The notes beneath the pieces were generated by a model that was not told the origin of the DNA, did not search any database, and saw only the letters and a list, made by a program, of their open reading frames with translations. From the NCBI RefSeq assembly GCF_001194135.2, contig NC_068998.1, forward strand, positions 37,121,175 to 37,185,174: a stretch of DNA of 64,000 nucleotides, given 5' to 3'. The translations under genes were made by a program, and so were the position numbers. Shown piece after piece: positions 52,788 through 62,284 of the stretch. The stretch is from Octopus bimaculoides. Lineage: Eukaryota. Numbering within the stretch: position 1 is the first letter of the stretch; every line of letters starts with the position of its first letter.

Positions 52788-54331
52788 GATATAGATATAC
52801 AATATAAAATATAAGAGAAATTACCTATAACAGGCAATTTCCACACGCTAGAAGGCAGTCAAACACGATCGAAAACCACAAAATTTAAGTAATTTCAAAC
52901 GGAATGAAAAAATAAAAACGTTTTTCGTATTTTTAAGGAAAAAATAAGGTAAAAGTTTTTATTTTTTCATTCCGTTTGAAATTACTTAAATTTTGTGGTT
53001 TTCGGTCGTTTTTGACTGCCTTCTAGCGTGTAGAAGTTACCTGTTATGGATAATTTCTCTTATAGTTTATATTGAATATGTTGTCTATTGACATTTTTTA
53101 CATGCTAGCCCACTGGTAGTATAACTCTGTATAGTTTTGCTAACCTTTATATACTCAAGTATATATAAATATATATATATATATAACGAGTTAAATACGT
53201 AAACAAGAAAAAGTGGAAAACAGAGAATGGACCCTTCATCAGTTGTAGGCTGTCTATCAACTCCTTATTTCGAGCAGTCAACGACAATATGAGTCTTCAA
53301 AGTCAGTTGCTCCCATAAATTCTACAATAAAATTTAGGATTTGTGGAGGGCCAAAGTTTGGAACAAAATCATTCCCAACTTTGACCCTCCATAAGTCCTA
53401 AATTTAGACAACCGACAAATGATGAAGGGTCCTTTCTCTGTGTTTACTTGTCCTGTTTTCCATTTCTTCTCGTTGTTTACGTATTTAACTTTATATATGT
53501 ATATATATATATACTGTTGTGTCTCGGGAGAGTCACTTTCTTATTGTGCCTTGAAATTTAACACACTCACCGGTAAAATTTCCACTTATTTTTCTTTTTA
53601 TTTTCCTAAAATTTTCGTTGCGTCCTGCAACCTTATCAGTAGTCTTGACTGTCAGTATGGAAGGCAGCGTTCATGACCCATTGCACTGCCTCCGGGAGTG
53701 CTGGGAGGGCGGAAGGAAGGTATCCTCAAACCGGTGAGTGTGTTAAATTTCAAGGCACNNNNNNNNNNNNNNNNNNNNNNNNNNNNNNNNNNNNNNNNNN
53801 NNNNNNNNNNNNNNNNNNNNNNNNNNNNNNNNNNNNNNNNNNNNNNNNNNNNNNNNNNNNNNNNNNNNNNNNNNNNNNNNNNNNNNNNNNNNNNNNNNNN
53901 NNNNNNNNNNNNNNNNNNNNNNNNNNNNNNNNNNNNNNNNNNNNNNNNNNNNNNNNNNNNNNNNNNNNNNNNNNNNNNNNNNNNNNNNNNNNNNNNNNNN
54001 NNNNNNNNNNNNNNNNNNNNNNNNNNNNNNNNNNNNNNNNNNNNNNNNNNNNNNNNNNNNNNNNNNNNNNNNNNNNNNNNNNNNNNNNNNNNNNNNNNNN
54101 NNNNNNNNNNNNNNNNNNNNNNNNNNNNNNNNNNNNNNNNNNNNNNNNNNNNNNNNNNNNNNNNNNNNNNNNNNNNNNNNNNNNNNNNNNNNNNNNNNNN
54201 NNNNNNNNNNNNNNNNNNNNNNNNNNNNNNNNNNNNNNNNNNNNNNNNNNNNNNNNNNNNNNNNNNNNNNNNNNNNNNNNNNNNNNNNNNNNNNNNNNNN
54301 NNNNNNNNNNNNNNNNNNNNNNNNNNNNNNN

Positions 54332-54368
<37 letters not shown>

Positions 54369-57300
54369 CATACATACGACGGGCTTCTTTCAGTTTCTGT
54401 CAACTAAATCCACTCGCATGGCTTTGGTTGGCCCGAGGTTATATTAGAAGACACTTGCCGAAGTTGCTATGTAGTGAAACTTAAGCCGGAAGTACGTGCT
54501 TGCGAAGCAAGCTTCTTATCACATACCCACGCCAGTACCTACTATGTATACTTATAATTAAATCATCTTTTAAGTATTCGTTTCCCATTTACTTTACATT
54601 TAATCACGACACAATACGAGGTTTTCATAATTTTTTTTAATTAATTCCACCCAAATGTCGAGCAGAAAGCGTCGTGTTATCTTGTATCGATTCACTAGGT
54701 TCTGAGTTCAAATACCGCCAAAATAAAACTTGACTTTCATCTTTCTCGATAGATTAAAAAAAAAGACCAATCTATGACGGTAAAATGGTCGAACTGTAAG
54801 AACGTCATGCTAGGTTCAAATCCTGCTATAGCCTACTTTGATAGAAGGCTTAGTCCGCTGACCGGTTTAATGCCACCACTCGGCATTGCGTCAGAGACCG
54901 TATTCCGGTTTGAGGACACCTTCCTTCCGCCTTCCCAGCAGTCCCGGATGCAGTGCAATGGGTCATGAACACTGCCTTCCATACTAACTGAAATATGTAT
55001 AAAAATAAATAAACTGCGGTTCGCAAGGCGCGCTGTCTTCTCCTTCTGCCATTTCCACTAGTACTCCAAAGCGTCTTACTTTCAGTGCTGGTTGGGCTCA
55101 TGGCATTCTCATACATTCCTCATTCACTTCTTCCCTCTCCGTTATTACACTTGTGTGCAAGCTCCAAGTATGTTCACAAATTACCATTCTTATCCCTTCC
55201 TTGCCAGAATATCAACCCGCTAGAACTTTTTCTATGCCTATGAAAATTTACGGCTGATGTTGACTTGCAATGGTTCGACCTGAACATGAACGAAATCAAT
55301 TTCACCAGTCTCCGAGGACCGACGATGTCTATGGACAATGTCTCATCCTCCATACCCAACAATTTAAGAAAATATTAAGTTATCTTTTAATGAGTATTCT
55401 ATTAGAAAATACCTTATTTTGATATATTCTGTTGGTTACGGCACTAAGTTTGGGCAAAACTTCCCATAATTGATTGTTGATTCTATTTTTGGCAAAGCAG
55501 AGCAATGTACTGTTAACTGGTTTGCATCACAAGTGATGTTGCTGTGTGGAATTTAACAAGAAACACAAACTTACAGAAAAGCTTAATCCTAAAATCCGAA
55601 AGTGAAGCTCATTATTATCTGAAGATCTTGAACTATTCTACTTTAACCAGTTCAACGCTACAGTTTATCAGTAGCAATCAAATGATTAACTGATATTAGA
55701 TTCTCAACATCCTCTTTTGTTGATGAATTAAATAAAAGTGAAGTATCATTACAGGATATCAGAAAGACAGTAGATTTTCCGAATAACCATTCTTAAATTA
55801 CATAATCGATATTTCAGCACAAACAGCTGAAGCCGCCATTTTTCTTCACTCTAACCCACATCCCAACTTTCTCTTGGTGTTAGTTGGAAAGAAACGAATA
55901 TTTAGTCGCCGGATAAATAAAGCTTGTAAACTGGCTGACGAATACCCGGTCAGTTGAGTAGGCAGTGTCGGTTTCTATTCCAATTTAGACCCAGTTTGGT
56001 TTATTCACACAATACTGTATGGGGATACAGTATTTCCTCAATTTTTAACTTACATTTTATCATTTTACTATTAAAAACTTCATTGTTTCTCTCCCGGTAA
56101 ACTCACATCTGACTGTACAAAGAAGACTTCAAAAGTTACGAGTAGCGATTTCTCTTGAAAATCGACAAAATTTGGCATCGTGGTGTTATCAAGTACCTTC
56201 AGTAAAAGAGTTTGTGTAAAAGTAGGTAGCTAAATTTAGGAGGGGAAGGGAGAGACTTGACGATGACCTCCTAAGGTCTGGACGTCCTGCAGTTGTCACC
56301 ACCGAGGAAAATATTGATCGTATTCACCATGTGGTAATGAAAGAGGTCTTGTTTCATCAGGACAATATTCTAGCACACAAGTCCTTCGGTTCAATGGCTG
56401 CTGTGCATGACTGTGTCTCTGAACTGATTGATCAGCCTCTATTTTCTCCTCGTTTGGCTCCATCTGGCCATGATCTGTTCCCCAGCATGAAAAAACACTT
56501 TACTGGCAACCCAGTATCGCAGTGATGATAACCTCATACATGCTGTTGATGACTGTTTTTGACCAACAAGTTGAAAGTTTCTTTATCGATGGAATCCAAG
56601 CACTGCAACACCTATGTAAGAATTGTGTTGATTGTGATGAAAAATAAACATCATTTGGTCACAATCCATGAGAATATTTTTGCTCAACCTATGAACTTTT
56701 TAGCCGAGTCTCGTAAATACGGAATGGCTACGGGCTGGACTCCTAGTATCATACGTCAAAGACACTAGCTTTGTATAAAATACGATTTATCCTTCACTCA
56801 TAATTACTTGTTCACACACTTGTCCACGGTATTGCTTTATCCTCTTTTATATTCAAAAGTTGCCCTGCAACATATATTGAATGAAACAGGCAGTGCAAAA
56901 TGAATAATTTACAACAGACTGGTAATGACCCGACTGTAGCCTCATTTACGCCTTCTTAGCTCGCCTGTCTGGCGTTGCCCTCCTCCAACAGCTCAAAAGT
57001 TAAAATCAATTGCTTATTTTGTCGTTGAAATGATGAAGCTCGGGTGGTCGTGCTTAACCTAGTTTTTCTTGTTTAAACTTGCCGCCACGTCCGACTCTAC
57101 CAGTCATACCAGGTTCCCAACAGTATTACTCTCAGTTTCAGTGAACCACACAAGACCTCCACTACAAGTAACAACTAACAGAGAAGTAGTACATTCGTAC
57201 AATTGCTATTACTAAATTCAGCTCTGCTGCGTTTACTATAATACCTTAGGCTTATCTGTTTCATGCTTCTTGAAACTTCTGACTATCTCTAGAATATATA

Positions 57301-58292
57301 TATATATAAATTATATGTTGATGTTATGGTGCGGTTACTGATGAGAATTTCGCATAACAAATTATTTTAATTGCTAAATAAAATTTGAAATCTAGGTATA
57401 ACCGTAAAAAAATAACAAGATAAAAGTTGTTTTTTTTTTCATTCCCTTCAAATTGCTCTTAAATGTGGTTTTGGTTTTGACTGCTTCTTCTAGCGTGTAA
57501 AATTACCTGTGAAAGGTAGTTTCTCTTGTGTTTAAATGCACACTATTATANNNNNNNNNNNNNNNNNNNNNNNNNNNNNNNNNNNNNNNNNNNNNNNNNN
57601 NNNNNNNNNNNNNNNNNNNNNNNNNNNNNNNNNNNNNNNNNNNNNNNNNNNNNNNNNNNNNNNNNNNNNNNNNNNNNNNTATATATATGTACTAATCCCG
57701 AAAACAGATACAAATTAGTCTCCTTCAACGACACTCTCTATGAGTGCTTCTCTTTGAATCGCTTTCCCTGAATAGTTTTCCTTTCGCTACGATCTGGTCG
57801 CTGATGCAGTTAACACGTTACTAACATAAATTTTCCCTAAACAACAATGATTATGAGTACTAATTAAGTTGGTCAAACTGAATCATGAGCAATAATAAAT
57901 TGAAATGAGTTGTTAAATACTTTGCTGAGGGATAAGCAGAAATGAAGTGTGAGCTTTTTATAGAGAAACTGATTCTTATCTAACATGGCGGCACGACGTG
58001 TCACGGTGTTACCTAATGTTGATACTATTGCAGTGATTGTATTTATATTGTAAGCATTATTTTTTAAGAAATCAGCTTGTATCGCTCTCTACCTCCTTCT
58101 CCTTCTCTCTCTCTCTCTCTCTCTCAGACACACTCATTCTCTCGTTATTTATTTCTCTTTACAGAACAACAACTGCCTACGCATCAAAATCCTAGGTGAT
58201 TGCTATTACTGTGTGAGCGGACTGCCGGAAGCCAGGCCAGACCACGCCAAGTGCTGCGTGGAAATGGGACTGGATATGATTGATGCCATTTG
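25179..58292 (+). CDS. rut: Transmembrane adenylyl cyclase, rutabaga/AC1 (Ca2+/calmodulin-responsive) type; partial gene, join(25179..25328,26911..27029,44731..44842,58165..58292)
   Basis: Spliced translation [169 protein letters not shown]. All junctions are GT-AG with compatible phases (0,2,0,2). Both metal-binding aspartates of class III cyclase C1a are present (FADIVGF, ILGDCYY). [19 protein letters not shown] and [11 protein letters not shown] match Drosophila rutabaga as I recall it. Cyclase call is secure; subtype is about 0.75. Confidence 0.95.
25366..25727 (+). mobile_element. Two tandem SINE-A copies immediately downstream of exon A
   Basis: Heads gcggcgagctggcag (25368) and ggcggcgagatggcag (25579); T1 tails aaaatttgaaatcaat and aaaatttgataccaat. 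Confidence 0.88.
26911..27029 (+). CDS. rut: Adenylyl cyclase exon B ([10 protein letters not shown]...[12 protein letters not shown]), 119 nt, phase 0-2
   Basis: Acceptor tttttttcAG at 26909-26910; donor GTGATC at 27030; the final AG completes a Ser codon with the first C of exon C. Confidence 0.95.
28800..29290 (+). pseudogene. Penelope-like element C-terminal GIY-YIG endonuclease remnant
   Basis: [81 protein letters not shown]. Cys-rich linker plus VY...YVG.T...R..NHK matches Penelope-like (Neptune-type) endonucleases. In-frame stop at about 29076-29078. Confidence 0.85.
29814..30137 (-). mobile_element. SINE-D (head related to SINE-C), inserted downstream of the Penelope-like ORF
   Basis: Minus strand reads ggcgagtggcttaatggttagggtattcggctaacgat...gtccttgagcaac...gatcggatcaactggaac...gacggagtgccag. 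Confidence 0.7.
31011..31447 (-). mobile_element. Full-length SINE-B with internal (CA)n
   Basis: Head at 31447, internal (CA)n about 31213-31290, tail tatctttcacttgtttcagtcat at 31015. Confidence 0.85.
33856..34052 (+). mobile_element. SINE-A copy, tail T2, with perfect 12-bp target-site duplication
   Basis: ATAGATTAAATT at 33841-33852 and 34053-34064. Confidence 0.9.
35170..35866 (+). mobile_element. 5'-truncated R4/Dong-like LINE (zinc knuckle and restriction-like endonuclease), ending in (AAT)n
   Basis: [18 protein letters not shown] (CCHC knuckle with first Cys mutated), [29 protein letters not shown] (PD..D), [24 protein letters not shown]. Stops and frameshifts present. Confidence 0.88.
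35866..35994. repeat. (AAT)n then (GAA)n microsatellite
   Basis: Directly visible. Confidence 0.95.
36660..36900 (+). mobile_element. 3' end of a second, different R4/Dong-like LINE with (AAT)n tail
   Basis: [20 protein letters not shown] is homologous to [14 protein letters not shown] of the upstream copy; different 3' UTR; (AAT)n at 36880-36900. Confidence 0.8.
36895..37098 (-). mobile_element. SINE-A copy, tail T2, inserted in the LINE (AAT)n tail
   Basis: aatcctttctact...gtcgattacatcgaccccag...ctgccagctcgccgcc. Confidence 0.85.
37856..38280 (-). mobile_element. Two old tandem SINE-A copies (37856-38059, 38061-38280)
   Basis: Core and head blocks occur twice, heavily diverged. Confidence 0.75.
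39128..39640 (-). mobile_element. L1/Tx1-clade LINE ORF2 fragment (RT C-terminal part), frameshifted
   Basis: [42 protein letters not shown], then in another frame [15 protein letters not shown]. This is the L1/Tx1 post-RT signature (K.LG...NW...W..R.LSL.GR...GGL). Confidence 0.8.
39765..40228 (-). mobile_element. Two SINE-A copies (39765-39935, 40053-40228)
   Basis: ggaatttgaactcagaac, cagctcgctgcc, gtcgattacaacgac, ccagctcgccgcc. Confidence 0.7.
43150..43555. repeat. Compound (GA)n(GT)m satellite
   Basis: Alternating GA and GT runs over about 400 bp. Confidence 0.9.
43783..43912. mobile_element. Small inverted-repeat element (MITE-like)
   Basis: aaaactaatgccgcgtgg at 43783 versus ccatgcggcattagtttt ending 43912 (one mismatch in 18). 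Superfamily not assigned. Confidence 0.5.
44495..44686 (+). mobile_element. SINE-A copy between (ATC)n and the exon C acceptor
   Basis: aaggcagtgagatggcagaatcattagcac...gagttcaaattccgccgaggtc...gtcgacgtaatcgact; follows (ATC)n 44340-44494. Confidence 0.85.
44731..44842 (+). CDS. rut: Adenylyl cyclase exon C (ILFADIVGF...RFDQLAK), 112 nt, phase 2-0
   Basis: Acceptor ttttttacAG at 44729-44730; donor GTTGGT at 44843; carries the first catalytic Asp. Confidence 0.96.
48295..48622. mobile_element. hAT-type MITE
   Basis: TIRs atgtggttctcaacc and ggttgagaaccactg (CAGTGGTTCTCAACC type); flanking 8-mers GTTTGACT and TTTTAACT (6/8) fit a decayed 8-bp TSD. Confidence 0.8.
48931..49131 (-). mobile_element. 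SINE-A copy with 19-bp target-site duplication
   Basis: AACAGAAAGTAATA(A/T)TAAC at 48912-48930 and 49132-49150. Confidence 0.88.
51372..51900 (-). mobile_element. Penelope-like terminal/UTR fragment, related to 53190-53363
   Basis: Shares ccttcatcag, tttcga, gctcc and aaattt...ggagg blocks, in order, with 53229-53350; abuts a microsatellite. Family assignment is inference. Confidence 0.45.
52057..52717 (+). mobile_element. Internally deleted Helitron (Rep fragment joined to 3' terminus)
   Basis: [37 protein letters not shown] / [21 protein letters not shown] (one frameshift, one stop) matches the Helitron RepHel N-terminal motif NIR.YNS.F..TSFG...FK.QGQ.YH..GSLLP. GC hairpin ccgggcaacgccgg at 52691-52704, then CTAG at 52714-52717. 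5' end not located. Confidence 0.85.
52800..53074. repeat. 275-bp palindrome with about 120-bp arms
   Basis: 52800-52919 is the reverse complement of 52955-53074 with scattered mismatches. Confidence 0.92.
53190..53489. mobile_element. Fold-back element in (TA)n
   Basis: Perfect 17-bp terminal inverted repeat gttaaatacgtaaacaa / ttgtttacgtatttaac; central hairpin 53330-53363 / 53372-53405 (30/34 identical). Confidence 0.85.
53514..53758. mobile_element. Fold-back element in (TA)n, running into a gap
   Basis: Perfect 29-bp inverted repeat 53546-53574 / 53730-53758. Related pieces at 14655-14713 and, inverted, 54905-54990. Confidence 0.8.
54372..54540 (-). mobile_element. SINE-B 5' half
   Basis: cgacgggcttctttcagtttc...aatccactc...ggcccgagg...agaagacacttgcc...aagcttcttatcac. 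Confidence 0.75.
56120..56715 (+). mobile_element. Internally deleted mariner (Tc1/mariner) element
   Basis: N-terminal [14 protein letters not shown] and [14 protein letters not shown], fused to [29 protein letters not shown] (degenerate YSPDLAPSD). Right TIR cctatgaactttttagccgagtctcg plus TA at 56714-56715. Left TIR not recognised. Confidence 0.85.
57338..57545 (+). repeat. Second copy of the sequence forming the 52800-53074 palindrome arm
   Basis: ataaaagttgtttt...cattcc...tgtggtttt...tttgactgc..tctagcgtgta..ttacctgt..tttctctt matches 52938-53065. Confidence 0.75.
58165..58292 (+). CDS. rut: Adenylyl cyclase exon D ([21 protein letters not shown]...MIDAI), 128 nt, phase 0-2
   Basis: Acceptor ctctttacAG at 58163-58164; donor GTAAGA at 58293; carries the second catalytic Asp. 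Absent from the ORF track because it has no start codon. Confidence 0.96.
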
Positions 58293-59499
58293 GTAAGAAC
58301 TCAACTCAAATACTACATTGTACAATGCACACTAACACTCCAAGCCACTTCACATTATGAGCAACCTTTATAGGAAAGTATTGTAAATGTCTTCAGATTT
58401 CTAAGGTTGTCATAATATGATTATGAGTGGCTCTACAGATTGTTTGCGTTTACTCTCTTCACACCACAAATATTTTCTCTCAGCGTGTAAGCTTCAACAT
58501 TATGTACGGAATATATATAACAGCAGTACATCTGTTATATTCTGATATTCAAGAGCATATTTCGTTATGTTGTGGATAAAAAGAGGTTTTTTTTTTGTTT
58601 TTGTTTTGTTTTTCAAGAGATAGAAATTATAGAATTCTTAGTGGTAATAGTGATAAGGAAAGTATTGCTGTGGGCCGTATTATAGTTTAATTACATTTTC
58701 ATGTAATAATGAAACACTCAAACACTGAACCAATGAGAGATGATGTGAAAACTCTGCTGACAACGTGGGAACTGAACAGCAAGATAAAGTAAGAATTATT
58801 AGGTATTGTTGCGTGATGAAAAGTGTATGGTTAAAACATCATTCTTACATTGATTAGATTTTGCTACTGCAGTTAGAATAGCAGAAGCATCGTAGAGAAA
58901 ATCGGTTTCTCATCATTTGTACTTCGGCCATTATGCTGCTTACAAAATCCTCTTTTTACTTGCCCATTAACCGTACTTAACTTTATTATACTATATCACT
59001 AAGTTCTTATTAAATCTCATGGGTCCTATTCGAACTTTTTCCTTTAGACCTATCGACATTCTATTATTTATTTATAACAGACATCGTCAGTTCACTTCGA
59101 AATGAAACAAAAATCTTGTCAGTTAAGCTTTCCTTGCCGAAATCAGTATTTAACTATTACAAAAATGTCTTATTTATGGTACGCTGTACAGATCACAAAC
59201 TTGTTGCTCTTCCTTAACCTTGATCAATTCTGATCGAGCAGACACAATGCTCAAAAGCATTTAAAATCGTGCTCACCCCATTGTTTAATAAGACATACAG
59301 TGTATGTAAAAACTATATTTACCATTATGTCCTCCAAATATCTTGTTCCATTGTAATCTTCTTCTTACGAGAGGGGTTAGTTGATTACATGGATCCAAGG
59401 ATCTTTATCAGATCCGGCGAGCACGATGGAATTTGAAATCAGAAGTTCAAAATCCGATGTGAAAGAAATGCCGCTTAGCATTTGTTCGGCGCGCTAACA

Positions 59500-59550
59500 G
59501 TTCTGACAACATCAACAACAACAACAACAATAATAATAATAATAATAATG

Positions 59551-59609
<59 letters not shown>

Positions 59610-59610
59610 T
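59500..59610. repeat. (AAC)n(AAT)n microsatellite
   Basis: Directly visible. Confidence 0.95.
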
Positions 59611-59790
59611 TCTTTATTCGCCACAAAATCCGGAAAAAAAACATTGTGGATGATGCAAAGACAAGGAACAGAGGGTATTTTCATAACATGCGTAAGTAAT
59701 AAAAAGTATCGAAAAAATAGAAAGGCAAATGGAGCTTCCACCGACCAGTCTAACCGGCTGATAGACGGATACGAACGCTTGACAACACTC
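59610..59790 (-). mobile_element. LINE-like 3' end with gaataaaga signal and (TTA)n tail
   Basis: Minus strand ends ctctgttccttgtctttg...ttgtggcgaataaagaaattattatt. Clade not determined. Confidence 0.4.
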
Positions 59791-59799
59791 TATGAGCCT

Positions 59800-60008
59800 T
59801 TCTGATATTAGGCACAAGTCCTGAAATATTGTGGGAGGAGACTAGTTGATTACGCAGACCCCAGTGTTTCACTGGCACTAATTTTATCGACCCTGAAAGG
59901 AAAAAATGCAAAGTCGACCACGCAGAATTAGAACTCAGAATTTAAAGACGGACGAATTACCGCTAAACATTTGGCCCATCGAGCTGACGATTCTGCTAGC
60001 TCACCGCT
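59800..60008 (-). mobile_element. SINE-A copy (another partial copy at 59370-59505)
   Basis: gcacaagtcc, gaccccagtg, aaagtcgacc, gaactcagaa, ctgctagctcaccgc. Confidence 0.8.
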
Positions 60009-60700
60009 TTCTGTCGGAAAATAACATTAACAGACTATTGTTAACACAATATATGTACTTATGTTGCAACATCCTCCTCGCCCATCTCTAAAAATTGTAG
60101 ACTATTTGTCGCGCTTAATCTAAAGAAGAAGATAATTAAATTTATTTTCACATAACTTGATTTTCGTGCTATGGTAAAAAAAAAAAAAAACAGTAACTGA
60201 AAGAATCAACTTCATTTGTCGCCAAGATTGTCGATTAATTGGAGATATAGCATAGTTAGTAGTAGTGGTGCATGCATATTGGCAAAGATAATATGTATTT
60301 TCGAATTAAGTTGAGTTAGTGGGCAGGTCTACAGCGTGTTGTTTGTAGGCGGTTGTGTGGCGTTCACAAATCTGTAAGTCGTGGGCAGTGACTACTCTAT
60401 CATTAACGACAGAGAAGTGACGGAGGTGTACACTAGTAATACATTGAGCGCGTTCCATGCTAATGAATTGCGCGCCAATGTAAGAGTTGTATCTTGTACA
60501 ATGTATCGTAAAGGTATGCGTGAGTAGAGGAATATGTATTCAATCTATATCCTGAGAAATGGGGACGTCTATATATAATTGATAATTACATATAAACGCC
60601 TTCCGATCGACATACACGCACACGCATAAACAAATAAGCTCACGCATCTACGCGAAGCCGCACGCTTATTCACGCGTACACACACATATATTAACACTCA

Positions 60701-60749
<49 letters not shown>

Positions 60750-62284
60750 TCACTCACTCACTCACTCACACACATAAGCAGTACTANNNNNNNNNNCACA
60801 CACATAAGCAGTACTAAGTATATTGCTTTATCAGGTGTTAATGGAAGCTAATAGAGAATCGCTGAATAGTAGCTTTCGTGTTGTTGAACGTCGTTCTGCA
60901 TAATGTATACGTGTATATTGTATGTACCAATGGATGCTTGAATGCGTGTGTGTGTGTGTGTACATATATCTATATGTATATAGATGCATACAAATACACG
61001 TATGCACACACACACACACACACACATACATACATACATATANNNNNNNNNNNNNNNNNNNNNNNNNNNNNNNNNNNNNNNNNNNNNNNNNNNNNNNNNN
61101 NNNNNNNNNNNNNNNNNNNNNNNNNNNNNNNNNNNNNNNNNNNNNNNNNNNNNNNNNNNNNNNNNNNNNNNNNNNNNNNNNNNNNNNNNNNNNNNNNNNN
61201 NNNNNNNNNNNNNNNNNNNNNNNNNNNNNNNNNNNNNNNNNNNNNNNNNNNNNNNNNNNNNNNNNNNNNNNNNNNNNNNNNNNNNNNNNNNNNNNNNNNN
61301 NNNNNNNNNNNNNNNNNNNNNNNNNNNNNNNNNNNNNNNNNNNNNNNNNNNNNNNNNNNNNNNNNNNNNNNNNNNNNNNNNNNNNNNNNNNNNNNNNNNN
61401 NNNNNNNNNNNNNNNNNNNNNNNNNNNNNNNNNNNNNNNNNNNNNNNNNNNNNNNNNNNNNNNNNNNNNNNNNNNNNNNNNNNNNNNNNNNNNNNNNNNN
61501 NNNNNNNNNNNNNNNNNNNNNNNNNNNNNNNNNNNNNNNNNNNNNNNNNNNNNNNNNNNNNNNNNNNNNNNNNNNNNNNNNNNNNNNNNNNNNNNNNNNN
61601 NNNNNNNNNNNNNNNNNNNNNNNNNNNNNNNNNNNNNNNNNNNNNNNNNNNNNNNNNNNNNNNNNNNNNNNNNNNNNNNNNNNNNNNNNNNNNNNNNNNN
61701 NNNNNNNNNNNNNNNNNNNNNNNNNNNNNNNNNNNNNNNNNNNNNNNNNNNNNNNNNNNNNNNNNNNNNNNNNNNNNNNNNNNNNNNNNNNNNNNNNNNN
61801 NNNNNNNNNNNNNNNNNNNNNNNNNNNNNNNNNNNNNNNNNNNNNNNNAGAGATGCTTGCTAATATGTAAAATTATGTGGTTTACTAGTTACGAATTTTG
61901 AATCGCAAATATGAGATCCCGATTTCGTTCACCATGTGTGATAGCTTGGCACGTACCCTTCACCGTTGCGTCAGTTTGACTGAGTCATTCTGGGAAATTG
62001 GATTGATAGAGACTTTGATGAAGCCTGGTGGATGAGTTACACCTGCAATTAAAACAGGATAGACTTGTCACAGTCTCATGCTGCTTCGGCTCGAGACCAA
62101 GGTCGATGGAATGGTCATTCACTTAGATGCTAATTAAATGAACCTGGTAGTTCAGTTGAGTCTACAACAGAAACCTCATCGTTAGAGCACACGCGCGCGC
62201 GCACGGGTTCACAGATGTACACATAACAACACAGACTCAAGCACACAAACACGCACCCAAATTCACATTGTATATATGTATATA

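Noticed and set aside
57982-57992. YY1-like site AACATGGCGGC upstream of exon D
   Set aside because: About one such match is expected by chance in a window this size; no other promoter evidence.
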